A DNA stretch of 63,885 nt, counting the filler, from Octopus bimaculoides (Eukaryota): the NCBI RefSeq assembly GCF_001194135.2. It is 6 parts of 6 records of this genome, joined end to end, with 100 filler letters (N's around TTAATTAATTAA, not from the genome) between each part and the next. Parts side by side here need not be neighbours in the genome. Positions count along the whole stretch, not along the records: positions 25,425 to 45,891 come from NC_068994.1; positions 45,992 to 51,510 come from NC_068984.1; 4 more parts are not named here. One strand, given 5' to 3'. Positions within the stretch are counted from its first letter, which is position 1. Every line of letters begins with the position of its first letter. This document shows, piece after piece, positions 38,416 through 50,412 of this stretch. The notes under the pieces are model-generated. The model searched no databases and had not been told where the DNA came from. It saw only the letters and a list, made by a program, of their open reading frames with translations. Both the position numbers and the translations under genes were made by a program.

Positions 38416-38468
38416 ATTAAAGAAGCATTGACGATATTTGATAAATTGTTTGCTGAGTTTGAATTGAG
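38416..38468 (+). CDS. ZFYVE28: LST2/ZFYVE28 coding exon (phase 0/2)
   Basis: ttatttcAG acceptor; 53 nt read IKEALTIFDKLFAEFEL plus AG of a split Ser codon; GTATGG donor at 38469. Matches human MREALRHFDVLFAEFELS. Confidence 0.92.
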
Positions 38469-38631
38469 GTATGGCATTGATTGTATTATTTCTTCATTTG
38501 AAAGGTTTTGTTTCGCTTTTCTTATTCCAATTGCTTCATGGAAGTAATGCATGTTATAACAGCTGTACTGACTGTTTTGGTTCAGGATATTACTGTTAAT
38601 ACAGCCATCTGTAAAGTAAGTGGGTGTATAA

Positions 38632-39769
38632 CATTGATTCCCAACATGGTCCCGTGGGCCCCCAGAGAATTTTTAGTGGTCCCCAGAGAATTCGTAGCCA
38701 TAAAAAAATTGAAACACAGTATTGCTCGATAATAAAGACACTGCTAGTTAATAATAATCTATATGAAGACAGAATAATAAGAAAACAAAATTCAATAATT
38801 ATTCCATAAGAATCAATAATGTATAATATATAATCAATAATGTTACAATCAAGAATTACATAATTTAAATTTTACAATCACAATTTTGGGAAGACTTTCT
38901 GAGTTTAAATCAAAAATATTCTATTTGAGGAGTGATATTTTTAAAAGTGAATCTGCTTGACTTAGAGCTACAAGGTAGAAAATCAGATTTGGTCACCTGT
39001 TCTCAGAAGATAAAAAAGGGTATATGGGGAAATTAAAAATTTTGGCAAAAAAGTTTCTAAAAAAAAATTTGGCATCATTTCAAAATTTTAACACCACTGT
39101 TCGTACATCAGAATGCATGCATTGCCTATCTTGAAGGTCTTCATGTAGACTTTGAGGGAAGATACAATGATTTATTAAAGATGGATTATCCACTCTGGTT
39201 TGTAGACCTAGAAAATTATGAGCCAGGAGATGAAAATTTTGAGTTGGCTGAAATGTTGTTGGATTTGAAAGAGAATATGAAATTGAGAAGTTGAAAAAGG
39301 TGTCTTTGCCTACATATTGATAAAGGAATCACACCCAAATATTTTTTGACAATGTAGAAGCAAGCATCATTTCTTTCCCTACCACATGGATGGTGGAATC
39401 TGCATTTTCAGCTGTTGTAGATATTTTAAGTAGAAAAAGAAATAGATTAGATGTCAACAGTAGAGGAACTATCAGACTAATACTAAATGAGTTCATTAAA
39501 ATTGATTATGATATCTTGTGTCAGAAACACCAATATCAGCTAGTCACTAGCTGAATGGACTAAAAATGAATGACTTTAGGAAAAATGATTTTGATATCTT
39601 GTTTATCTTTGTTTGCTAAAATAAATTTTAAAGTGTAAAGACTATTTTGTCTTTTCATTAAGTATTTTAGTGTGAAAATAGAACAGCATAAAGTAAAAGT
39701 AGAAGTGGTCCCTTGAAACTTTTCCAAGTAAAAAATGGTCCCTGGGCTGAAAAAGGTTGGGAACCACTG
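38632..39769 (+). mobile_element. hAT (Buster/Charlie-type) non-autonomous transposon, both ends intact, 1138 bp
   Basis: Termini cattgattcccaac / gttgggaaccactg (imperfect TIR); exact 8-bp TSD GTGTATAA at 38624-31 and 39770-77 (NNNTANNN). Internal decayed transposase C-terminus at ~38910-39553: YL.SDIF.KVNLLDLELQG..; IISFPTTWMVESAFSAVVDILSRKRNRLDVNSRGTIRL (hAT dimerisation domain). Confidence 0.93.
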
Positions 39770-40769
39770 GTGTATAATTCAAGTATGTAGGAACAGTGGC
39801 ATTCAAATGAGCTGAGAGCAAAAACTGCATATAAGAGGAATCAGCTGTAGTGTAGAAGAGAGAATTTTTTATACTGATATGGACACATAATGCCTATGGA
39901 GGATGACAACTGAGTAAAGTCGTGCCCAGCAATCTAAGTAGAAAGAAACTATGGAAGAGGAGCACGGGTGAAGACAAATGAAGTGGTGAAGGCCAATCAC
40001 AGGATATTGAACTTCATGAAAGACATAAATGACTGCAACAAGTAGCAAAATGATGTTGCTGGAGAAGAGGCATCCAGCTGAAGCAAGCATAGAAAAACGA
40101 ATATTAAGTAATGGCAGTGGTGACAGAAGCATATCCTAGATGTAGGCCTTATACAATAGTACATTACTTCACATTTTCTGCTCTGTTCATAAATACATGT
40201 CCTATAATTTAAAGCTTATGACATATTTTATATTAAACAATGTTCAAGGTAAACTGGAACATTATCTCTTAATTCTAATCTGAAATCCCCTCTAGTTCTC
40301 TGATACAAAACCTGGTTTTAAGTGTTCAGGTTTAAATTGAAATTTTATATAATTGTATGTCAGGACTTTTTCAATTCTGAAACTCAGATTAATTATCCCC
40401 ATAAATGGAAGAGTTAGGTGATTTACTGAAGCCCTCCAAGTTCATGATTATTTGAAAATTGAAACACATCTCTTTGTCCTAAGTTCACATCCCATCAGTA
40501 GATGATGACTTGACAGCTCTTGCTCTCAAAGTGTGGGGTCTTGTGCCTAAGGTAAATGGTTTTATTTCATGTTAATGAGCCAACCGTGAATTACATGTAG
40601 AAAATGAGAAATAGACAAATATATATATATATATATGTATACATATAATTTTGGTCAACTTATCATTTTCCTGATGATCCTGTGCATTTACAGGTGAAAC
40701 TGAAAGTGGCAAGAGACTGACTCAACTAAAATAAAATATTATTAATCTCAAAGCGAAATCGTGATGGCA

Positions 40770-41070
40770 CCACCGTTCGAGCGAGATCGTTGCCAGTGCC
40801 ACTGGACTGGCTTCTGTGCAGGTGGCACATAAAATACACCATTTTGAGCATGGCCGTTGCCAGTACTGCCTGACTGGCCTCCGTGCCGGTGGCACATAAA
40901 AGCGCTCACTACACTCTCGGAGTGGTTGGCGTTAGGAAGGGCATCCAGCTGTAGAAACTCTGCCAAATCAGATTGGAGCTTGGTGTAGCCATCTGGTTTC
41001 ACCAGTCCTCAGTCAAATCGTCCAACCCATGCTAGCATGGAAAGCGGATGTTTGATGATGATGATGATGA
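40770..41070 (+). mobile_element. RTE-type 3' UTR/tail repeat
   Basis: Internal duplicated cgttgccagt..ggtggcac(a/g)taaaa unit, then ggcgttaggaagggcatccagctgtagaaac..gaaagcggatgtttgatgatgatg; same tail as the RTE end at 26429-26830. Confidence 0.8.
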
Positions 41071-41749
41071 CTATGGTATTGAGTACTCTTTTTTTCCGAC
41101 ATTTAACACAAATGGATATATATGTGTGTGTCTTTGTATATATGTATAGTGTTGAACTATATTAACGGTGTGCTCTGAATGTGTCATTTGGAAGTCAATG
41201 ACATATTGTAGTGTGAGTACTGAAATATTCTGTTACTTTTAAGTGGCTCTTACTATTCTAACAGTTTAATGAGAAATATGGCCATAAACTGGTGAATAAA
41301 ATAGTTTATTTGCAAAACAGGTAATGCTTAGCAACAGGATGGCTAGTTAATAAAATAGCACTGAATCTCTCTGAAAAACTAGTGGGATGTAATTTGAGAG
41401 CGATATGGTCAATTCGGTCAGTTATTCACTTTTAAGTTTCTGGATTTGCGCCAGTTTGAGAAAGAATAATTATAACTTTTTTTTTTTATTACAAGACAGT
41501 AAAAATTATTTTAATGAAAATGTGATAGTCTTTCTATTTTCTCTGTTGGATACCAGTCTCAGGGAAAAAAAAAAGACATGTAGACCTTGTATCACTTGAT
41601 TAGGTTTTGCAGCAGGAAGTTCTCATCAACTGAGTTTCAATTAGCATTTTAATGCCACTTGTCATTAAATATGCTAACACTTTGGTTGGTTGCATCAATG
41701 TGCATGAATGAAAATGTGAAGCCTGCACTAAAAATAGAATAAATGTTTG

Positions 41750-41788
<39 letters not shown>

Positions 41789-41929
41789 CGGAGTAAGCAC
41801 ATAAATGTGCAACAAGGTGGAGAAAAGAGTACTCAAATACCAGAGGTAGAGTAATATGCTTTAACGTGAAACTCCGAGTAACAGCTTTTTGTTATATTTC
41901 TGCTGCTTTTAAATAAAGTGTATATATAT

Positions 41930-42192
41930 TCGAGCGAGGTCGTTGCCAGTGCTGCTGGACTGGCTCCTGTGCAGGTGGCACGTAAAATACACCATTTTGA
42001 GCGTGGCCGTTGCCAGTGGCACGTAAAAGCACCCACTACACTCTCGGAGTGGTTGGCGTTAGGAAGGGCATCCAGCTGTAGAAACTCTGCCAAATCAGAT
42101 TGGAGCCTGGTGTAGCCATCTGGTTTCACCAGTCCTCATTCAAATCGTCCAACCCATACTAGCATGGAAAGCGGACGTTAAATGATGATGAT
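41930..42192 (+). mobile_element. RTE-type 3' UTR/tail repeat, second copy
   Basis: Near-identical to 40790-41070, with a deletion between the two internal sub-repeats. Confidence 0.8.
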
Positions 42193-42197
42193 ATATA

Positions 42198-42714
42198 GGT
42201 GCAGGCATGGCTGTGTGGTAAGAAGCTTGCTTCCTGATCACATGGAAGGCACCTTGGGAAACAGATACAGAAGGTCCCCAACTCCTCATCAGTTATTGGC
42301 CAGATGGTCAGAATGTAATTTTGTGCCTTAGATATATATGTTTGTATGTGTCTTTGTACCCCTACTTTGCTTGACAATCAGTGTTGGTGTATTTACACTC
42401 CCATAACTTAGTGGTTTGGCAAAGAGACTGGTAGAATAAGTACTAGACTTAAAAATAAGTCCTGTAGTCAAATTGTTCAACAAAACCACTTCAAGGTGGT
42501 GCTCCAGCATGGCTGCAGTCAAATGACTGAAACAAGTAAAGGAATAAAATAATATGACAGGCTTCCAGTTTCCATCTACCAAATCCACTCACAAGGGCTT
42601 TAGGCAGCCTAGGGTTATAGCAAAAGACACTTAACCAAAGGTGCCATTCAGTAGGACTGTACTGAAAGCTGGTTGGGAAGCGAGCTTCTTGCCATGCAGC
42701 CATTTCTGCACCTG
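42198..42714. mobile_element. Two SINE family C copies: 42198-42550 (+, internally altered) and 42555-42714 (-, head)
   Basis: ggtgcaggcatggctgtgtggtaagaagcttgc..ctccagcatggctgcagtcaaatgactgaaacaagtaaa, followed by the reverse-complement head. Another C tail lies at ~43505-43715. Confidence 0.8.
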
Positions 42715-43412
42715 CATATACAGGTGATTACATGCAATTAGGCTTGCACATGTCTCATACATTCATCTTGCTCTTATATACAAAAGCGCACTCACACGCA
42801 CACACCTTTTACAGAATAAGTCATCATCCCCCCGCCCACTCATTTTCCTACTTTCTATTGATGTTCTGTTAAATGTCAAGTTGCATGGTCCAATGTTAAG
42901 AGCTGATAGGATTGTTCTGTGTATTTACTATCACTATTAAAATCACCACTTGACACAAAGTTCAAACTGCTGCACGTGTCACCTAGTGTGTGCATGCACA
43001 TGCGTTTGTGTGCACATCTGTGTATGTGGGTGTGAGCATGTACATTCTTGTGTGTGTGTGTTTGTCTGTGCATTCGGATATGTAATAGATTTCAATCCTT
43101 GTTCGTCTACCTCATAAATAGTCATTGTGAATATGCTGAAAGTCCTGTATCAGTTTTAATCTTTGGTTGAAACAATTGCTTATGTCCTTGAAAAAGGCCT
43201 AAGTATCTATAATTAGATTTTTAATGCTCACTACATTAAATATGTTAACACTTAGTCAAACTGTTTTTTTTTTTTTATGCAGATGGTGTTTCTAAGTAAT
43301 TAATCTCACTGTTATATATTTATTTTCAAAATGTTATTCATTCCTACACTTATACAGTATTGTACATCAATTACTGATTCTCTCATTGCTTCGGTAAATA
43401 CAATGAAATTGA

Positions 43413-43457
43413 AGCTTAGCTGAAGAGGTGTAATAAAACCGAAATATGTCTGAAGTT
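43413..43457 (+). ncRNA. Type I hammerhead ribozyme motif, partly decayed
   Basis: agcttag CTGAAGA ggt gtaataaa acc GAAA tatg TC tgaagtt: intact core, G-C closed stem II, near-palindromic stem III ATATGT, GUC ending 43450, stem I with one mismatch and wobble pairs. Confidence 0.55.
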
Positions 43458-44183
43458 GTCTCTTGTACTTGGAAATCACTGTGTTAATTTCATTTCTTCA
43501 TTATGTGAGTTTGTCGTCTGTGTGTTTGTCCACCATCACCACTTGGTTTGTTTACGTCCCCATAACTTAGCTGTTGGGCAAAAGAGACTGGTAGAATAAG
43601 TACCAGGTCTTAAAAAGAAAGTACTGGGGTTGATTCATTCAACTAAAAATTCTTCAAGCTGGTGCCCCAGCATGGCTGCAGTTTAATGATTAGAACTTAA
43701 AAGACTGATAAAAAGATTATTAATAGTATCGACCTCACTAGTCTAGGAAGATCTGTGAGTGGCATTGGTATAACACTTTCTAATAAGTAAGAAGGGAAGA
43801 AAAAAAAAAAACCTGCAGAAAAGGTTTCATAGTTTAGTCAGTAATTTATGAAGTACAACTTGAGTTTAGACTTATCCCTTTCCTGATAGGGAAGACATAT
43901 ACTCATCCTCATCTCTTCAGCAAGACACCTACTCCTGTTCCGTGATCATACTTTCACATCCCTTAATATTATGCCCTTCTCAGTTGAGGCATCTTGTCTC
44001 GAAAGTACTTGATGACCTCACCAGTGCTAGTGCCACATAAAGAAAATAAATAAAAGCCCTCTCCACCCTACCCCTCTTCCCAGTACATTCTGTAAAGTGG
44101 TTGATGTTAGGGCATCCAGCTGTAGAAACCATTCCAAAGAAACTATTGGAGCTCAACACAGCCCCTCTGGCTTGTCAGATTCT

Positions 44184-44385
44184 TATTTCTTTATTGTCCA
44201 CAAGGGGCTAAACATAGAGGCGACAAACAAGGACAGGCAAAGGGATTAAGTCGATTACATCGACCAGAAAGGATGAAAGGCAAAGTCGACCTCAGCGGAA
44301 TTTGAACTCAGAGCGTAACGGCAGACGAAATACCGCTAAGCATTTCGCCCAGAGTGCTAACGATTTTGTCACCTCGCCCGCCGCC
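44184..44385 (-). mobile_element. SINE family B inserted into an RTE-tail repeat (~43880-44455), 11-bp TSD
   Basis: TGTCAGATTCT at 44173-83 and 44386-96; the host repeat continues on both sides. Confidence 0.9.
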
Positions 44386-45445
44386 TGTCAGATTCTGTCA
44401 AACCACCCTACCCATGCCATCATTGGAAAAGAAATGTTAGATAATGATGATCTAAGAAGTACAATTTATCAATTTATTCTTATAAGAAAAGTTGGTTCAA
44501 GCTGAACAGCATCTGCCCATAACTGATGTTTAAATTAGTAACCATTTGATAGCTGCGGAAGAAGTTTGTTTATAAGTTTGATGCTTGTATGTGTAACTTG
44601 TGATAATAAATTGGTGTTGCAACCTGTTCACTTAGTTTTGTGATGCTGGTGAAAATGGGCTTTCAAAGATCAAATATTTTTGGCTCTGTCTGATGAAATA
44701 GTGAAAACAATCTAGTACAAAACTAATATTAAGAAATTACAGAAAGTACCTGTTGCCATGGGGAGGGACAAAAACAAGAGGACCCAGGAAATTGTCTAAG
44801 TCATCGTCTGATCAAAATCCATTGCTTGGCCTGCAATAAATAGCTCCCAAACCTCCTCAAACCATGCCTTGTTTAAGTAAAAAAAATGGAAAGGAAAGCC
44901 CTATTTGATAATATAGTTTGGGAATACACTGTCTGAAAATAAAATAAGATTGTCACAGCTAGAATGCATTTTTATCACAGATCTCCTCAGTTAGGACTAA
45001 CCTGATGCTAAAAACTAACTTCAACATATAATGATATTCCAATTGCCTTTTGAATGCAATCTGATCACCTGAGGTTGGGAAATTTTTGTAGATTTCCTTC
45101 CAGATATAAAGCTTGAAATTTTCTTTCGATTTCATTGGAAGGTAGTTGAAATGTTTTGAAGTGTCTAATGATGTAGGTAAATGTATTCCGTGGTAGTTTC
45201 AAACCTGTAAGATAGATAGACTACAAAAATGACTAATTCCCAAGCCATGCATAATTAACTTTTATGCCAGATTAAATATACCTTGTAACCTAACCAGGAA
45301 ATTTAGCTTTACACTCAGATCCATTTTCCTTTTTTTTTTTCCTTTNNNNNNNNNNNNNNNNNNNNNNNNNNNNNNNNNNNNNNNNNNNNNNNNNNNNNNN
45401 NNNNNNNNNNNNNNNNNNNNNNNNNNNNNNNNNNNNNNNNNNNNN

Positions 45446-45891
45446 GGTACTTTTCACATATCTGTAATTTTTCAGATTAACACCTGCACGATTACGTAAC
45501 ACTAACCCTAATCCTAACTCTAAACCCTAACCCCGAACCCTAACACCCTAGTGAAAATCGTGGTATATTTACCAAACATTGACGAACATGAGTTATAATT
45601 GTTGTCAATGACTGTGTGTACAGGTAGAAGGTAAGAAATATAAAAGTTGTTAGAAACAACAGTCAAATCTCCCTTAAATCACACAAAGTAAACGGAATTT
45701 TAAAATGTTTACATCAATGGAATTTTTTCGATGTGAACTTTCCGGTGCAGTAATTACACGCTCAACATATAATATAGAGAGTAAGAGTAAAAGAGGGGTA
45801 AAGAGAGAGAGAGAGAGAGACATAAACCCTAACACTAACACCCTAGTGAAAATTGTGGTATATTTACCAAACATTGACGAACATGAGTTAT
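45446..45891. repeat. ~295-bp-period repeat with degenerate (CCCTAA)-like units, on a small gap-bounded contig
   Basis: taacaccctagtgaaaat(c/t)gtggtatatttaccaaacattgacgaacatgagttat at 45541-96 and 45836-91; ctaaccctaatcctaactctaaaccctaaccccgaaccctaa at ~45502-45543. Confidence 0.7.
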
Positions 45892-45990
45892 NNNNNNNNN
45901 NNNNNNNNNNNNNNNNNNNNNNNNNNNNNNNNNNNTTAATTAATTAANNNNNNNNNNNNNNNNNNNNNNNNNNNNNNNNNNNNNNNNNNN

Positions 45991-45991
45991 N

Positions 45992-46023
<32 letters not shown>

Positions 46024-46087
46024 CATATATATTATAGATATATATATAGCAGATATGTATGTGCGTCAGTGTATATGTATATATGTA

Positions 46088-46126
<39 letters not shown>

Positions 46127-46369
46127 CATATGTATATATGTTTATGCACAAACGCTTTCACATACACTTACGCACACACATACACACACAAGGCACAGAA
46201 CACACTCTCACACACGCACACGTGCATGTGTGTGAGAAAGAGAAACATAGGCGACATATTACCTTTACTTATTTTTCTATAACACTTTCTTTACCTCTAT
46301 CTTTACCTCTTCCTGTCTCTCTCCCTCCCCCTTTCTCTCTCTCTCTCTATCTATCTATCTCCTTCCCTT

Positions 46370-46424
<55 letters not shown>

Positions 46425-46956
46425 ACCTTTCTTTCTCCTCCCTCCTCTTCTGTCTTCCTCTCTCCACCTAAAACTGTCTGCCTGAATAAATTATGCCAAG
46501 ACTTGGTCGGTTATAGCCATGGACGACTAAGTATCCATATATGGCCCGCACATTGAAGAGCGGTAGCTCTAACGTTCACTAGATATTTTTCTCTTGTTTT
46601 TCTCTGCTAGCATGCCTCTCTCTCTCTCTCTCTCTCTTTCCCTTCCTCTCTCTCTCTCTTTCCCTTCCCCCCCCTCTCTCTCTCCGTCTCTCTTTCACTC
46701 ACTCTGTCTCGCATTCTCTCTCTTTCTGTTTCTGTCTTTCTTTCCTTGGAGGTGTTTGTATTTTTTTGCTGTTTGTTTGTTTGTTATTTTTTCTTCGTTT
46801 TTTATTTTATGTGTAAATACGTCTGTATGTCTTACAGTATATGTTTATGCGTAGAAATTCGTAAATGTGCTAGCGTGTGCGTGTGAGTGCACATATACAC
46901 ACACTCACATACACACACAAATACATACACACACACATATGTATATGTATGTATAA

Positions 46957-47006
<50 letters not shown>

Positions 47007-47496
47007 CAATATGTGTACCTTTTTTGCTTATGTATGTTTAGATAAGAATGTCTATGTGAGTTTCTGTGTCTGTGTGTCTGTGTGTGTGCGCGCGCGCGCA
47101 TCCGTGTGTGTGTGTGTACGCATGTGTGTATATCGTTGTGNNNNNNNNNNNNNNNNNNNNNNNNNNNNNNNNNNNNNNNNNNNNNNNNNNNNNNNNNNNN
47201 NNNNNNNNNNNNNNNNNNNNNNNNNNNNNNNNNNNNNNNNNNNNNNNNNNNNNNNNNNNNNNNNNNNNNNNNNNNNNNNNNNNNNNNNNNNNNNNNNNNN
47301 NNNNNNNNNNNNNNNNNNNNNNNNNNNNNNNNNNNNNNNNNNNNNNNNNNNNNNNNNNNNNNGCGCGCGCGCGCATCCGTGTGTGTGTGTGTACGCATGT
47401 GTGTATATCGTTGTGTCTATGCTTAACATACACTTATATATGCATACACATGTACGAACATATATATATATACATACACACTAATATACATATATT

Positions 47497-47551
<55 letters not shown>

Positions 47552-48054
47552 AGAGCATTACGTGTCTCTACCATTCCTATGTATATGTATGTATATGCAT
47601 ATGTGTGTGTGTGTGTCTATACGCTGTATTGTGTACGTGTGTGTGAGTGCCTGTGTGTGTATACTTGTACAGGTTTTCATTAACTCGGTTCCTTTCAGTA
47701 CATACTTCTCTGGTTATGTATATACATATGTATGTATGTATGTATGTGTACAGAAAATATGTATGTACATAACTGTGCATGCCTGAATGTATGTATATGT
47801 CTATTTATGTGTATATATGCGTCTATGCATTATATGCATCCATATGTGCAGGTATAAATCTACATATACCCATGCCCACGCGCGCACTAATCCATAGATT
47901 CATACACACATGTACACACATACATACCGACACACACACACACCGAGTGATAAGTAATATGTGTACTTGAGGCGCGCGCTTGCGCGCGTGTGTGTTTGTT
48001 TGTGTGTATCTGTGTGTGTGTGCCTCTGTGTGTGTGTGGTGTGCGTGTGTGTGG

Positions 48055-48100
<46 letters not shown>

Positions 48101-49634
48101 ATACATAAAATAGTCACGACTACAAAGATCGCACACCTCTTCAGACTCCACGTACACATGTGTGCAGTTCTTTGAGTGCTTTTGACGAGCGTGGTCAAAT
48201 GCATACCCATGTCAGATACTCGTATCCNNNNNNNNNNNNNNNNNNNNNNNNNNNNNNNNNNNNNNNNNNNNNNNNNNNNNNNNNNNNNNNNNNNNNNNNN
48301 NNNNNNNNNNNNNNNNNNNNNNNNNNNNNNNNNNNNNNNNNNNNNNNNNNNNNNNNNNNNNNNNNNNNNNNNNNNNNNNNNNNNNNNNNNNNNNNNNNNN
48401 NNNNNNNNNNNNNNNNNNNNNNNNNNNNNNNNNNNNNNNNNNNNNNNNNNNNNNNNNNNNNNNNNNNNNNNNNNNNNNNNNNNNNNNNNNNNNNNNNNNN
48501 NNNNNNNNNNNNNNNNNNNNNNNNNNNNNNNNNNNNNNNNNNNNNNNNNNNNNNNNNNNNNNNNNNNNNNNNNNNNNNNNNNNNNNNNNNNNNNNNNNNN
48601 NNNNNNNNNNNNNNNNNNNNNNNNNNNNNNNNNNNNNNNNNNNNNNNNNNNNNNNNNNNNNNNNNNNNNNNNNNNNNNNNNNNNNNNNNNNNNNNNNNNN
48701 NNNNNNNNNNNNNNNNNNNNNNNNNNNNNNNNNNNNNNNNNNNNNNNNNNNNNNNNNNNNNNNNNNNNNNNNNNNNNNNNNNNNNNNNNNNNNNNNNNNN
48801 NNNNNNNNNNNNNNNNNNNNNNNNNNNNNNNNNNNNNNNNNNNNNNNNNNNNNNNNNNNNNNNNNNNNNNNNNNNNNNNNNNNNNNNNNNNNNNNNNNNN
48901 NNNNNNNNNNNNNNNNNNNNNNNNNNNNNNNNNNNNNNNNNNNNNNNNNNNNNNNNNNNNNNNNNNNNNNNNNNNNNNNNNNNNNNNNNNNNNNNNNNNN
49001 NNNNNNNNNNNNNNNNNNNNNNNNNNNNNNNNNNNNNNNNNNNNNNNNNNNNNNNNNNNNNNNNNNNNNNNNNNNNNNNNNNNNNNNNNNNNNNNNNNNN
49101 NNNNNNNNNNNNNNNTATATATATATACATATATGTGTATGTATGTATTGCATGTACGTATGTGTATGTATGTATGTATGTATGTATGTATGTATATTGT
49201 TGATTTTACAACCTTCGATTTCTCTATCCAGACATTTAAGCCTAACACTTACACGTGATCATTTCTAGCTTCATCTAGGTGTGTTCGAGATCCACGATTT
49301 TCAAAAAGTTTACGTGTGTGTGTCTGAGTGTGTGTTTATGTGTATGTGTGATTGTATACATACATACACACACACATACACACACTCATATATATATATA
49401 TATATATATATANNNNNNNNNNNNNNNNNNNNNNNNNNNNNNNNNNNNNNNNNNNNNNNNNNNNNNNNNNNNNNNNNNNNNNNNNNNNNNNNNNNNNNNN
49501 NNNNNNNNNNNNNNNNNNNNNNNNNNNNNNNNNNNNNNNNNNNNNNNNNNNNNNNNNNNNNNNNNNNNNNNNNNNNNNNNNNNNNNNNNNNNNNNNNNNN
49601 NNNNNNNNNNNNNNNNNNNNNNNNNNNNNNNNNN

Positions 49635-49722
<88 letters not shown>

Positions 49723-50006
49723 GTGGGTGTAGGCATGTATATATGTATCCAAGTATGCATGCATGTCTATGTGTCTACGTAGGGGTACTGTAGTCATGGA
49801 ATATGTTATCAAACTTTTATTGTTATGCAATATAAGAGCGTCCCAAACGGAGCGGGTGTCCTGTTACACCATTTGCTTCATCTACTCATCTATCATCCTG
49901 CTGTTGTTATCTAAAAATACCGTCCCAAAGTGATCATATTACACGGCTTACGCTATCTAATGTATAATATATTTATAATATGTGTGTGTGTGAATCTATA
50001 TCTATA

Positions 50007-50049
<43 letters not shown>

Positions 50050-50118
50050 ATGTATGTATATCTTTCTATCTTTCTATCTATCTATCCATTTATGTATGTA
50101 TGTATGTATGTATGTATG

Positions 50119-50193
<75 letters not shown>

Positions 50194-50381
50194 AGATGTT
50201 CTGTATGTGGCCTGTGTGTTTTCTGTGCTCTGTTTATGTTCTGTTTATGTTCTGTTTCTCATTTTGCCCACGTTTTCTTGTGACGTCCTGTACCCAGATA
50301 TGCATCTATATATACATGTAGATGTAGGTATGTTCATACATGTACGTATATATGCATATACTCACATATTATTTGTATAAT

Positions 50382-50412
<31 letters not shown>

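Noticed and set aside
40484-40551. Possible exon ..DDDLTALALKVWGLVPK ending at GTAAAT
   Set aside because: Wrong phase and no similarity to the expected next LST2 exon; resembles a SINE tail remnant.
41865-41885. cgtGAAActccgagTAacag, possible 3' half of a hammerhead in a pseudo-LTR-like segment (41790-41925)
   Set aside because: The CUGANGA half is absent, so it cannot be supported from this copy alone.
44686-44712. ctgtCTGATGAaatagtGAAA
   Set aside because: Stem II is only one base pair and there is no stem III.
47082-47420. Direct repeat on both sides of a gap (also 31284-31371 and ~57400-57540)
   Set aside because: Identical sequence flanking a gap is most simply an unmerged contig overlap.
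48110-48227. Possible Tx1/L1 C-terminal fragment
   Set aside because: Too short and degenerate to call.
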